Positions 1 through 7,568 of a stretch of 32,000 bases of DNA are shown piece after piece; the stretch's first letter is position 1, and each line of letters starts with the position of its first letter. This DNA is from an uncultured archaeon (GTDB lineage: Archaea > Iainarchaeota > Iainarchaeia > Iainarchaeales > DATDZZ01). The notes under the pieces were generated by a model. That model made no database searches and was not told the DNA's origin. It saw nothing but the letters and a program-made list of their open reading frames with translations. Where the stretch lies: the NCBI GenBank assembly GCA_964373795.1, contig CAYJVY010000001.1:30001-62000 (forward strand), read 5' to 3'. The translations under genes and the position numbers were made by a program.

Positions 1-984
1 TTGTTTGCCAACTCTAAAGGTATCTCTGTTAAGTTCTTTAGAAATTAACAACAGTTCATAAGATTGAATTATGTCAGAAAAATTGTTTTTTAATTCTCTC
101 AAAACTTCGTGAAACTCATCACTTGATTTAACCATTATTTGTAAATCCATGTCATTTATTCCAACAGTATTAACTAAAATAAGAATATTTGGATGTACGC
201 TACAAAAACTGATTAAATCGTTTTTTCGTTTAAGCGTAAGATTTTGAAATTTTAACATCAAAGAATAATAAGAATAACCAATTAAGGCATAATCCAAGAA
301 AACTCTATTTCCAACAATAACATCTTTTGAAACTAAATTTTTTAATCTATAATTAATTGTGTCTGGAGAGACATTAAGTTGAAAAGCTAATTCAACTAAA
401 TTTAACCTAGCATTATTTGACAAAAGCATTAAAATCTTTAAATCCAAATCATCATATCTGAATTGTTCGCTCGCAGAAAAATAAGGTTTTGGAATCCTCT
501 CCAATGGCGCTTTTTCAACTAAAAATTTTCCATTAAATCTAATTAATTGGGTTGTGATTGAAACTGCTCTGTCTTTAATGAACTTTCCATATTTTGTAGA
601 AATTTCATTTAAAAAGTTTTCAAAATGAAAAACACTTAACATGCTTGCAGCAATCATTAAATCCCATTTACCATCTGAGGAAGCCAACCAAACAACTGAA
701 GGATTATCAATAAAAAAAGAAATTAATTCTTGCTCTTGTTCTTGAGAGATTTCATCAAACCTCAAATAAGTTTTTGTTTGAATGAAACCAAATTTTTCAA
801 CTCTAATAAAGGACACAAATTTTTTAATTACTCCCGCCTGAAGAAGCTTATCTAATCTATATTTTACAACTTGCTTGGATGTTTTAACTTTTTTTGCAAT
901 TAAAGAAAGAGGTTGTCTACAATTTACATCTAATTCAAACAAAATTTTTTTATCCAAATTATCCAATAAAAATAGATCTACCAT
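1..984 (-). CDS. Lrp/AsnC-family transcriptional regulator with two tandem HTH-plus-effector modules; partial, C-terminus lies beyond base 1 (>=328 aa)
   Basis: Absent from the ORF track because it has no stop inside the window. The reverse complement of 984..1 starts ATG GTA GAT = MVDLFLLDNLDKKILFELDVNCRQPLSLIAKKVKTSKQVVKYRLDKLLQAGVIKKF and stays open to base 1. A second AsnC-type HTH (YDDLDLKILMLLSNNARLNLVELAFQLNVSPDTINYRLKNLVSKDVI) begins near nt 456. Confidence 0.8.
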   Translation of the reverse strand, partial: MVDLFLLDNLDKKILFELDVNCRQPLSLIAKKVKTSKQVVKYRLDKLLQAGVIKKFVSFIRVEKFGFIQTKTYLRFDEISQEQEQELISFFIDNPSVVWLASSDGKWDLMIAASMLSVFHFENFLNEISTKYGKFIKDRAVSITTQLIRFNGKFLVEKAPLERIPKPYFSASEQFRYDDLDLKILMLLSNNARLNLVELAFQLNVSPDTINYRLKNLVSKDVIVGNRVFLDYALIGYSYYSLMLKFQNLTLKRKNDLISFCSVHPNILILVNTVGINDMDLQIMVKSSDEFHEVLRELKNNFSDIIQSYELLLISKELNRDTFRVGKQ

Positions 985-1078
985 AATTTAACTATTTGGC
1001 AAAATATATATTAATATTTCGTTTAAATTAAAAAAAATAAAAATTAATTTAATATATATGTAAAACTATAGTTAATTT

Positions 1079-1432
1079 ATGCCAATAATCCTAAGCTATC
1101 TTTCACACCTTCTTGTCTTTGACTTTGGTTTTATTATTATAGCTATTTATAGAAATTTATTCCATTTATTTTCTCAATTAATTTTTTTTAAGGTATTAGG
1201 GGGCGAAAAATTATTTCCAAACTTTATTTTTCACATGATTTTTTTATGGGGGGTTATAGATTTAGCTGAGCTTCTCGGATTAATTCAAATTGCTTCTACA
1301 AATATATTTGAGTTTACAATATTTCAAGCAGTTGTATTTGTTTTACTGGAAAAGACTAGATTTCAAAAATTTGAAGCACTAATCATTCTTTTAGGATTTT
1401 TTATTGGATCAATAATTGTTTCTCTTATTTAA
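1079..1432 (+). CDS. hypothetical small multi-pass membrane protein
   Basis: 117-aa ORF with several hydrophobic stretches, divergent from the Lrp-like gene. No obvious SD and no recognisable family. Confidence 0.4.
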   Translation: MPIILSYLSHLLVFDFGFIIIAIYRNLFHLFSQLIFFKVLGGEKLFPNFIFHMIFLWGVIDLAELLGLIQIASTNIFEFTIFQAVVFVLLEKTRFQKFEALIILLGFFIGSIIVSLI

Positions 1433-1530
1433 AAAATTTGTCAATCAAAGCAAAAACTCTTTTAATACATTAATTGACAACAAGTTTTTTGAGGGGTTCT
1501 CAGTTAAAAGAGGGTGAGAAATTAATTCAG

Positions 1531-1923
1531 CTATCTTCTTGCTTTTAGAGCCTTTGAAACAGCTAAATTCATGGCATGTTTATTTGAAACTATTTTTTGA
1601 ATCTTTAAATCAGTTGATAATTCTTTCCAAATCCTTTCATATAAGAGTTCTTCGAATTCTTTTAACTTGTTTTCACTGAAATCATTTAATTCAATTGCCT
1701 GCAATAAAACTTGTGCCACAATTTGCCATGAAAGCAATGCATTTCCAATTCCTTCTCCAGTAAAAGGATCAATTAATCCAGCTGCATCTCCAATGAATAA
1801 AACTCTTTCAAAAGCAATTTTTCTTTTTTCCAAGCCACTTGAAGGCAGAGTCCAACCCTTTATTTCTGAAACCAGTTTAGCATTGTCAAATCGTGCTTTA
1901 AAAAAAGGATCGCCAAAAAAAAA
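1531..1923 (-). pseudogene. C-terminal remnant of a geranylgeranyl reductase-family FAD oxidoreductase; N-terminal ~2/3 missing
   Basis: The frame is open from an in-frame TAA at 1924-1926 down to the stop at 1531. It reads ...FFFGDPFFKARFDNAKLVSEIKGWTLPSSGLEKRKIAFERVLFIGDAAGLIDPFTGEGIGNALLSWQIVAQ... The GDAAGxxDPxTGEGI motif is the GGR-family C-terminal FAD motif. There is no ATG (the track start is TTG at 1833) and no GxGxxG N-domain. The next gene's stop is 30 nt upstream, at 1954. Confidence 0.65.
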
Positions 1924-1953
1924 TTAAATAAAAAAAATAGAGAGTAAACTTAA

Positions 1954-2436
1954 TCACTCTGTTACAACTACTTTTCCAGTCATTTTTGAATGATCTTGTC
2001 CGCAAAACACTGAACACCTAAAAGGAAATTCTCCTGCTTTAGTTGGAGTAAATTCAACTGTAACCTCTTTTCCTTCTGGAAGATTTACTCCTTGCACTCC
2101 TAGTTCTTGGGATTCAAATAACAATCCATGTCCTGCTCCAACTCCATTGTCAAGTGCAGTAACTTTTAATCTAACTTTTTGACCTTTTTTAACTGTAATA
2201 GTTGAAGGACTAAATTCCCAATTCTTTGCAGTTAAAGAAAACTCTTGCACTTCATTGCTTCCTGCATTTGAAGTGTTATTGCTTGCATTATTTGTCCCTG
2301 CATTAGGTGAGTCATTGCCTGCTTTATTTCCTGAATCTGTTTTTCCATTACCTTGATTATCTGTTTTTCCTCCCACACAACCACTTACAAGTAATGCAAG
2401 AATTAAAAACCCAATCAAAAGTGTTTTAAAATTCAT
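1954..2436 (-). CDS. lipobox-anchored cupredoxin-domain protein with a CuA-type CxxxCxxxHxxM motif
   Basis: Signal peptide plus lipobox (LLVSGC, Cys20) and an N/G/S-rich linker with N-x-S/T sequons, then a ~95-aa beta-rich domain. The domain ends FRCSVFCGQDHSKMTGKVVV (C141, C145, H149, M152; nt 1981-2016), with an upstream His in GAGHGLLF (H103). Confidence 0.75.
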   Translation of the reverse strand: MNFKTLLIGFLILALLVSGCVGGKTDNQGNGKTDSGNKAGNDSPNAGTNNASNNTSNAGSNEVQEFSLTAKNWEFSPSTITVKKGQKVRLKVTALDNGVGAGHGLLFESQELGVQGVNLPEGKEVTVEFTPTKAGEFPFRCSVFCGQDHSKMTGKVVVTE

Positions 2437-2490
2437 TTAAAATTCCCCCAAAAAAAACTCATTTAATTAGCATACTAAATATATTTAATT

Positions 2491-3051
2491 TTATAGTTTT
2501 CCAAGAAAAACTAAAATTCCTCCTCCAAGCGAGGTTAAAGTCATTAAAAAAAAGTAAATTGTTTCAATTGCAGGAGTAAGAGGAATTCTAAAAAAATCAA
2601 ATAATCCAATTAAAACAAGTAAAATAAGGCATGCTCCTGCAAGAAAAAATAAAACTATTTTAAGATTTTTTGTTTTTGCATTTAAACCAAAAAAAAATAG
2701 TAGGAAAAAGAAGAAAGTAAAAGTTAGAGTTGCAAAAACATTGTGCAAAAAAGAACCCATTGGAAACAAACCAATTCCAATCAAAGATGCACTTAAAACC
2801 GTTAAAGTTATTGCAATAACTAATTTTCGTGCAAAGATTTCATGTAAATATAAAAAGAATGGAATTGCAATTAAACCAGTTAAAATCATTCCAAAATTAA
2901 ACATTAAATCATTTTCTTTAACTCCCAAAACACTAATAAAATCTGAAAACAACTGAAAATTTTTAAAGAAAAACGCATTAATTAAAACAATTGTTAAAGG
3001 AATTAATCCTGTAAGCATTCCACTAAATCCAGCAATTTTTTTAAACTCCAT
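2491..3051 (-). CDS. multi-pass membrane protein, possibly DUF998-like
   Basis: 186 aa with about 6 hydrophobic helices. The ISVLG...FNFGMILTGL...GLFP...H pattern resembles DUF998 as I remember it. Family assignment is weak. Confidence 0.5.
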   Translation of the reverse strand: MEFKKIAGFSGMLTGLIPLTIVLINAFFFKNFQLFSDFISVLGVKENDLMFNFGMILTGLIAIPFFLYLHEIFARKLVIAITLTVLSASLIGIGLFPMGSFLHNVFATLTFTFFFFLLFFFGLNAKTKNLKIVLFFLAGACLILLVLIGLFDFFRIPLTPAIETIYFFLMTLTSLGGGILVFLGKL

Positions 3052-3139
3052 AAACCTTTGAATTATTGTACAGTAAGTTTTTAATAATAGTTTGCAGCAA
3101 TTAATGAATAAATTGTTTTAAATTTGGAGGGAAAATTTA

Positions 3140-3373
3140 ATGAGTAAAAATGTAACAATTTATACAACTAATACTTGTCCTTATTGTGTAATGGCTAAAG
3201 ATTATTTCAAGCAACACAACATTAAATTCAGTGAAATAAATGTTTCGGAAACCCCTGACAAAGCTGAAGAAATGATTGAAAAATCAGGGCAAACAGGCGT
3301 GCCAGTAATAGATATTAATGGAACAATAATTATTGGATTTAACAGAAAAGCAATTGAAGAAGCACTTGAATAA
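3140..3373 (+). CDS. glutaredoxin-like small redox protein (CPYC active site)
   Basis: 77 aa. TIYTTNTCPYCVMAKDYF...GVPVIDINGTIIIGFN is the canonical glutaredoxin/NrdH fold signature. GGAGG at 3126-3130 lies 9 nt upstream of the ATG. Confidence 0.9.
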   Translation: MSKNVTIYTTNTCPYCVMAKDYFKQHNIKFSEINVSETPDKAEEMIEKSGQTGVPVIDINGTIIIGFNRKAIEEALE

Positions 3374-3400
3374 GTTGAATCCTGCATTGAATTTTAATGG

Positions 3401-3434
3401 ATTGGTTTTACAATAAAATTGGTTTTACAATAAA
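3401..3434. repeat. perfect tandem direct repeat, 2 x 17 bp (ATTGGTTTTACAATAAA), abutting a TATATATATA stretch upstream of the DUF2064 gene
   Basis: Copy 1 at 3401-3417 and copy 2 at 3418-3434 are identical. TATATATATA follows at 3435-3444, and the ATG of the next gene is at 3492. Confidence 0.9.
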
Positions 3435-3491
3435 TATATATATAACATTTAATTTTAATTTAATTATATTAAATAGCTTTGAGTTGATTAA

Positions 3492-4148
3492 ATGAATTGC
3501 TTAATAACTTTTGCAAAATATCCTGAACAAGGAAAAGTTAAATCCAAGCTTTCCAGAGAAATAGGGGAAAGATTTGCAGCAGAATTATATGAAGCATTTT
3601 TGTTAGACTTGTATACAAACCACTCAGAACAAGACTATGAATTATTTGTAGCAATTCATAATGCTGAAGATGAAGACAAATTCAAGCAATTAATTCCTTC
3701 AACTAATTTTTATACTCAAAAAGGACACAATTTAGGAGAAAGACTATTAAATGCATTCAAAGATTTTTCAATTAGTTATGAAAAAATAGTAATAATTGCT
3801 TCAGATGTTCCAACTATTTCAAGTGAAACAATTAATAACGCATTTAATGTATTAAAAGAAAAAGACGTTGTTTTAGGGCCAACAATTAAAGGAGGATATT
3901 ATTTGGTTGGATTAAGAAAACCAAAAGAAATTTTTTCCACAATCAAGTGGAGTCATGAAGAAGTACTGCAAAAAACAATTGAATTAATTGAAAAAAATAA
4001 TTTAAGTTATGCTTTACTTGAAAAACGCGCAGATGTAAATGAATTCAAAGACTTGAAAACTTATTCAAAAGAAAATTTAAGTGAATGTCCAAATACTTTA
4101 AATAAATTAAGTGAATTGGATAAATATTTATTGAAAAACAAAATCTAA
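3492..4148 (+). CDS. DUF2064 / TIGR04282-family Rossmann-like (nucleotidyl/glycosyl)transferase-fold protein
   Basis: MNCLITFAKYPEQGKVKSKLSREIGERFAAELYEAFLLDL...Q.GHNLGERLLNAF...IIASDVPTIS...VLGPTIKGGYYLVGL...IKWSHEEVL follows the DUF2064 consensus (FaKaP.pG.VKtRL ... GPa.DGGYyLiGl ... W.T..V). Confidence 0.75.
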   Translation: MNCLITFAKYPEQGKVKSKLSREIGERFAAELYEAFLLDLYTNHSEQDYELFVAIHNAEDEDKFKQLIPSTNFYTQKGHNLGERLLNAFKDFSISYEKIVIIASDVPTISSETINNAFNVLKEKDVVLGPTIKGGYYLVGLRKPKEIFSTIKWSHEEVLQKTIELIEKNNLSYALLEKRADVNEFKDLKTYSKENLSECPNTLNKLSELDKYLLKNKI

Positions 4149-4150
4149 TT

Positions 4151-4345
4151 ATGAATTCACAAAAACAAGTTGAATTAAATTGTAATACCTGTAATTCAAC
4201 TATTTCAATTTCTCCTTGCTGCAAGGATTCAATTTTAATTTCAGAAAACAAATTGTTTTGCCATAAATGCAGCAAGGTAGTAAGTGTTCCTTTATGTTGT
4301 GAAACTGAAATGCTTTTACTTCAATTAAAACAAAAACTAAAATAA
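4151..4345 (+). CDS. small Cys-rich protein with duplicated CxxC-x8-CC motif (putative metal-binding)
   Basis: 64 aa starting 2 nt after the DUF2064 stop. It contains CNTC-NSTISISP-CC and CHKC-SKVVSVPL-CC, i.e. 8 Cys in two identical spacings. No family recognised. Confidence 0.45.
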   Translation: MNSQKQVELNCNTCNSTISISPCCKDSILISENKLFCHKCSKVVSVPLCCETEMLLLQLKQKLK

Positions 4346-4360
4346 TAAAAAACATGCAAA

Positions 4361-5665
4361 CTATTGTGTTACTTCTTTTAAAGCGTCTTCAAAAATATCT
4401 AAGCCTTTCCAAGCGTCTCCCTCAGTTAAAGTTAAAGGAGGAGAAAATCTAATACTGGATTTACCGCAAGGCAGTAAAATTAATCCTTTTTCTTGAGCCT
4501 TGCAAAGCAATGCATGCCTTTCATTTGGCGCAAATTCTTTGGATTTTTTTGATTTAACTATTTCAACTCCAATCATTAAACCAATTCCTCTAACATCTCC
4601 AATTAATTCGTTTTCTTCTTTCAATCTATTTAAATCTTTTAACAAAATTTTTCCAATTTTTTTTGCATTTAATCCAAGCTTGTATTTTTTTAAATAGTTT
4701 AGGGTTGCTCTGCCTGCAGCACAAGCAATTAAGTTTCCTCCAAAAGTATTACTATGACTTCCGGGAACCCAATCCATTAATTTTTTGTTTGCAAGAGTTG
4801 CTCCTAAAGGAATTCCTCCTCCAATTGCTTTACTCATTGCAACAAGGTCTGGCTTGACTTGAAAATTTTCAATTGCAAGAAATTCTCCTGTTCTAAAACA
4901 ACCTGATTGAACTTCGTCTACGCACATTAAAGTTCCATGCTCAAAGCAAAGCTTTCTAACTCCTTGAATGAATTCTTTTGAAGGAATAATATAACCTCCT
5001 TCTCCTTGAATTGGTTCTAAAAAAACTCCAGCTAAATCTCCTTTAACTGAATTCATTGTTTTCTCTAATTTATTTAAACAATCTTGAGCTAAATCTTTTT
5101 CTGAACCAAACTTGCTTCTATACAAATAAGGAAATTCTGAATGCTTTACAGGCATGAAAGGAGCAAATCTTTCTCTTTGCACTGGCTTTGAATCAGTCAT
5201 GCTTAGGCTTCCCATTGTCCTGCCATGAAATGCATTCTTAAAAGCAATAACCCATTTCTTGTTTGAATGCCATCTAGCACATTTATACATTGCTTCAACT
5301 GCTTCGGTTCCAGAGTTACTGAAAAAAACGTTATTCAAATTCAAATGCTTCACTGTATCAATTAATTCTTCTGCATACAATACAGGTAGTTCAGTGAAAA
5401 AATCATTGAAGCCTGAATGCAATCCAAAGTTTAATTGCTGTTTAATGGCTTTAATTACTTCTGGATTGCAATGCCCTACATTCATTACTGCAATGCATGA
5501 AGCAAAATCAAGATATTTATGGCCATCTACATCCCATAAATAATTTCCTTTAGCTTTCTTGAAAACAAAGTCATATTCGCGTGCATTACTTTCGCTTATA
5601 ACTTTCTTGTCTCTAGCAATTATTTCTCTAGATTTTTTTCCGGGCATTTGACAAATATATTTCAT
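4361..5665 (-). CDS. class-III PLP-dependent omega-aminotransferase (GabT / ornithine / acetylornithine aminotransferase-like)
   Basis: 434 aa. N-terminus PGKKSREIIARDKKVIS...YLWDVDGHKYLDFASCIAVMNVGHCNPEV, then SNSGTEAVE, DEVQSG and a SKAIGGG motif whose Lys would bind PLP. An alternative start at ATG 5647 (MPGKKS) is possible. Confidence 0.9.
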   Translation of the reverse strand: MKYICQMPGKKSREIIARDKKVISESNAREYDFVFKKAKGNYLWDVDGHKYLDFASCIAVMNVGHCNPEVIKAIKQQLNFGLHSGFNDFFTELPVLYAEELIDTVKHLNLNNVFFSNSGTEAVEAMYKCARWHSNKKWVIAFKNAFHGRTMGSLSMTDSKPVQRERFAPFMPVKHSEFPYLYRSKFGSEKDLAQDCLNKLEKTMNSVKGDLAGVFLEPIQGEGGYIIPSKEFIQGVRKLCFEHGTLMCVDEVQSGCFRTGEFLAIENFQVKPDLVAMSKAIGGGIPLGATLANKKLMDWVPGSHSNTFGGNLIACAAGRATLNYLKKYKLGLNAKKIGKILLKDLNRLKEENELIGDVRGIGLMIGVEIVKSKKSKEFAPNERHALLCKAQEKGLILLPCGKSSIRFSPPLTLTEGDAWKGLDIFEDALKEVTQ

Positions 5666-5708
5666 TGAACCAAAATACTAAAACAATTCAAGTATTTAAT
5701 TTTTTACC

Positions 5709-5742
5709 TTCAAAGAACATGACAGTTGACGAATTCTTTGAA
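5709..5742. promoter_or_regulatory. 9-bp perfect inverted repeat (TTCAAAGAA-N16-TTCTTTGAA) in the divergent promoter region between the aminotransferase and PIN genes
   Basis: Arms at 5709-5717 and 5734-5742 are exact reverse complements. The repeat lies 34 nt upstream of the PIN ATG at 5776. Operator function is inferred only. Confidence 0.4.
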
Positions 5743-5775
5743 TGTATTTTAAGTAAATACTATTTCAAAATTTTT

Positions 5776-6204
5776 ATGAAACTCTACCTAGATTCAAATG
5801 TATTAATTTCTTATTTGAGAAATGAAATTGATTATGCATTTAATTTGAGGTTTCAAGACAGCAGTGATTTTTTCACTACTTGCAAAGAGGAAAAACACAA
5901 AATTATTATTTCTGATCTTTTCATTAAAGAGATTACAAAAACAGTTTCATTAAATAAAGAGGATATAAAAACAATATTTGATGACCTTAAAATAGAAGTG
6001 GTTTTTGTTGAAAAGGTTGAGAAAGAAAAAGCCATTGAAATAATGCATAAAACTGGATTACATTTTTTAGATTCAGTTCATGTAGGAACAGCAATAAAAG
6101 AAAAATGTGGCTTTACAATTACTTGGAATGCAAAAGACTTTGAGAAAACTAAAAATCTAATGCCATTTAAAACTCCAAAGGAATTTATTGATAAAGATGT
6201 CTAG
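5776..6204 (+). CDS. PIN-domain ribonuclease (VapC-like toxin)
   Basis: MKLYLDSNVLISYL...FLDSVHVGTAIKEKCGFTITWNAKDFEK shows the PIN acidic-residue pattern (LDSN, LDS.H, N.KDF). I prefer ATG 5776 over the track's TTG at 5665, whose 37 extra residues lie in the divergent promoter. Confidence 0.8.
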   Translation: MKLYLDSNVLISYLRNEIDYAFNLRFQDSSDFFTTCKEEKHKIIISDLFIKEITKTVSLNKEDIKTIFDDLKIEVVFVEKVEKEKAIEIMHKTGLHFLDSVHVGTAIKEKCGFTITWNAKDFEKTKNLMPFKTPKEFIDKDV

Positions 6205-6487
6205 CTAATTCATCTTTTTCTTCTGGAGTGAGTTCCCATTTTTTTATGTTTTTTAAATGAGGATGTTTTTCCACAAATTTTTTAAGAAATCCTCTACCTC
6301 TTTTTCTTTCTTCTTCAAAGTCAATTTTTTTTGCAACTGCTTCAAAAGGCCTTATCTCTAAATGGTCTTCATACTCTAAAATCACTACTTGTTTTCCTGG
6401 CTTGAATTCTTTCCTTTCACGTAATTCACTTGGAATAACAATTTGTCCTTTAGAAGTAATAGTTGATGTTTTCATTGTGTTCAACAC
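6185..6487 (-). CDS. AbrB/SpoVT-domain protein (VapB/MazE-type antitoxin-like) with a ~50-aa charged C-terminal extension
   Basis: MKTSTITSKGQIVIPSELRERKEFKPGKQVVILEYEDHLEIRP is a SpoVT-AbrB swapped-hairpin signature. The GTG start at 6487 has GGAGG (reverse complement of 6495-6499) 7 nt upstream. The 3' end overlaps the PIN gene 3' end by 20 bp on the opposite strand. Confidence 0.8.
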   Translation of the reverse strand: MLNTMKTSTITSKGQIVIPSELRERKEFKPGKQVVILEYEDHLEIRPFEAVAKKIDFEEERKRGRGFLKKFVEKHPHLKNIKKWELTPEEKDELARHLYQ

Positions 6488-6519
6488 AAAAACTCCTCCT
6501 CGATTTAGGCATGTATTAC

Positions 6520-6537
6520 AAGTAATCTAAGTAATCC
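6520..6537. repeat. tandem 9-bp direct repeat (AAGTAATCT AAGTAATCC) in the divergent region between the AbrB-like gene and the lipoprotein gene
   Basis: AAGTAATC occurs at 6520-6527 and again at 6529-6536. Possible binding site; the repeat is short and AT-rich, so significance is modest. Confidence 0.5.
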
Positions 6538-6572
6538 AAACAATTTAAATTTGTTTCACTGTTTATTTGGTT

Positions 6573-7091
6573 ATGATCAAATCAATATTAGTTGCATTTA
6601 TTTTACTTGCATTTTTATTTAGTGGATGTATTGAACAACTTTTACCTGAAACTCAGTATGCAAAAAATGGTTTTTCATTTACTTGTCCAAAAGGATGGAC
6701 ATTAGAGGAAGGATCCAATTATGAAAATATTTCTTTTGTTGTAATATGTAAAAATGAAAATGCTGGAGGAATAGTTAGTTTTGTTTTAACTTTAAGTGAA
6801 ATAGATTTAAATGAAGCAATTGAACTTCAGCAAAACATCTTAGAAGAAAAATTCTTAGATGAAGGTTTTACGCCTAATTTTGGAGAAATAAAAGAGTCAA
6901 AGTTTAAAGATTTTAATGCATTAACAGTTGATTACAATGTACTTGTTTTGAATGTTCAATATAAAGGAAATAACTTAACCATTAATTGTAATAATAAAAA
7001 TATTACAATGAATTTTCAAGAAGCAATTGAAGATCATTCAAAAAATCTTTCAGGATTAGAAAAAATTAAAGAATCTTTTAAATGTGAATAA
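6573..7091 (+). CDS. hypothetical lipobox lipoprotein
   Basis: MIKSILVAFILLAFLFSGC is a signal peptide plus lipobox, followed by a ~150-aa mixed alpha/beta domain of unknown family. ATG 6573 is preferred to the in-frame TTG at 6567. Confidence 0.65.
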   Translation: MIKSILVAFILLAFLFSGCIEQLLPETQYAKNGFSFTCPKGWTLEEGSNYENISFVVICKNENAGGIVSFVLTLSEIDLNEAIELQQNILEEKFLDEGFTPNFGEIKESKFKDFNALTVDYNVLVLNVQYKGNNLTINCNNKNITMNFQEAIEDHSKNLSGLEKIKESFKCE

Positions 7092-7136
7092 CTTTTCGCA
7101 ACAAATTAGTGCAAATCAAATTTTTCGTTTTTAATA

Positions 7137-7559
7137 TTATTTTTCTTCTTCCTCTAAAGGAGGCTCTTCTTCAGGCAAGTCTTCTTCAGAAACATTGGAA
7201 TCCCCTTTATCAGAGTTTTCTTCAAAGTCTTCACTTGATTCTTCAGAGCCTTCTTCAAATCCTTCTCCTTCTTCTTCAAGTCCTTCATCCGAATATTCTC
7301 CTGGGGGAGGCTCTTTATGCATCTTCTTTTGAACTACTCTAAAAACAATGTAACCCACAAATACTGTAACTACAATGAATGCAATCAAAATATAGGTTAA
7401 GAAATTAATTTTTTTAAAATAAAAAAAATCAGCTAAAACTTTAATTAATGCAACTAAAACAAAAAACGCTGCAAAATAAATTTTTGTCATTAAAGTCATT
7501 GGCTTTCTAACAGGCCGTACAGGTTTTTGAATTGCTTCTTGTTTCTTTTTTTTAGGCAT
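7137..7559 (-). CDS. hypothetical membrane protein with two TM helices and a strongly acidic E/D/S-rich C-terminal tail
   Basis: 140 aa with a basic N-terminus (MPKKKKQEAIQKPVRPVRKP) and two hydrophobic helices. The tail reads ...EGLEEEGEGFEEGSEESSEDFEENSD...PEEEPPLEEEEK. It starts 9 nt after the ALDH stop, so it is likely co-transcribed. Confidence 0.6.
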   Translation of the reverse strand: MPKKKKQEAIQKPVRPVRKPMTLMTKIYFAAFFVLVALIKVLADFFYFKKINFLTYILIAFIVVTVFVGYIVFRVVQKKMHKEPPPGEYSDEGLEEEGEGFEEGSEESSEDFEENSDKGDSNVSEEDLPEEEPPLEEEEK

Positions 7560-7568
7560 TAAATCACT

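Noticed and set aside
5665-5775. TTG-initiated 37-codon N-terminal extension of the PIN gene given in the ORF track
   Set aside because: The PIN domain begins exactly at ATG 5776 (MKLYLDSN). The extension covers the divergent promoter and the inverted repeat, and it starts on the same base as the aminotransferase start codon.
7109-7342. 77-aa L/Q-rich ORF on the + strand
   Set aside because: It is the antisense image of the acidic GAA/GAG-rich tail of the 7137..7559 membrane protein (CTT/CTC/TTC codons) and is low complexity.
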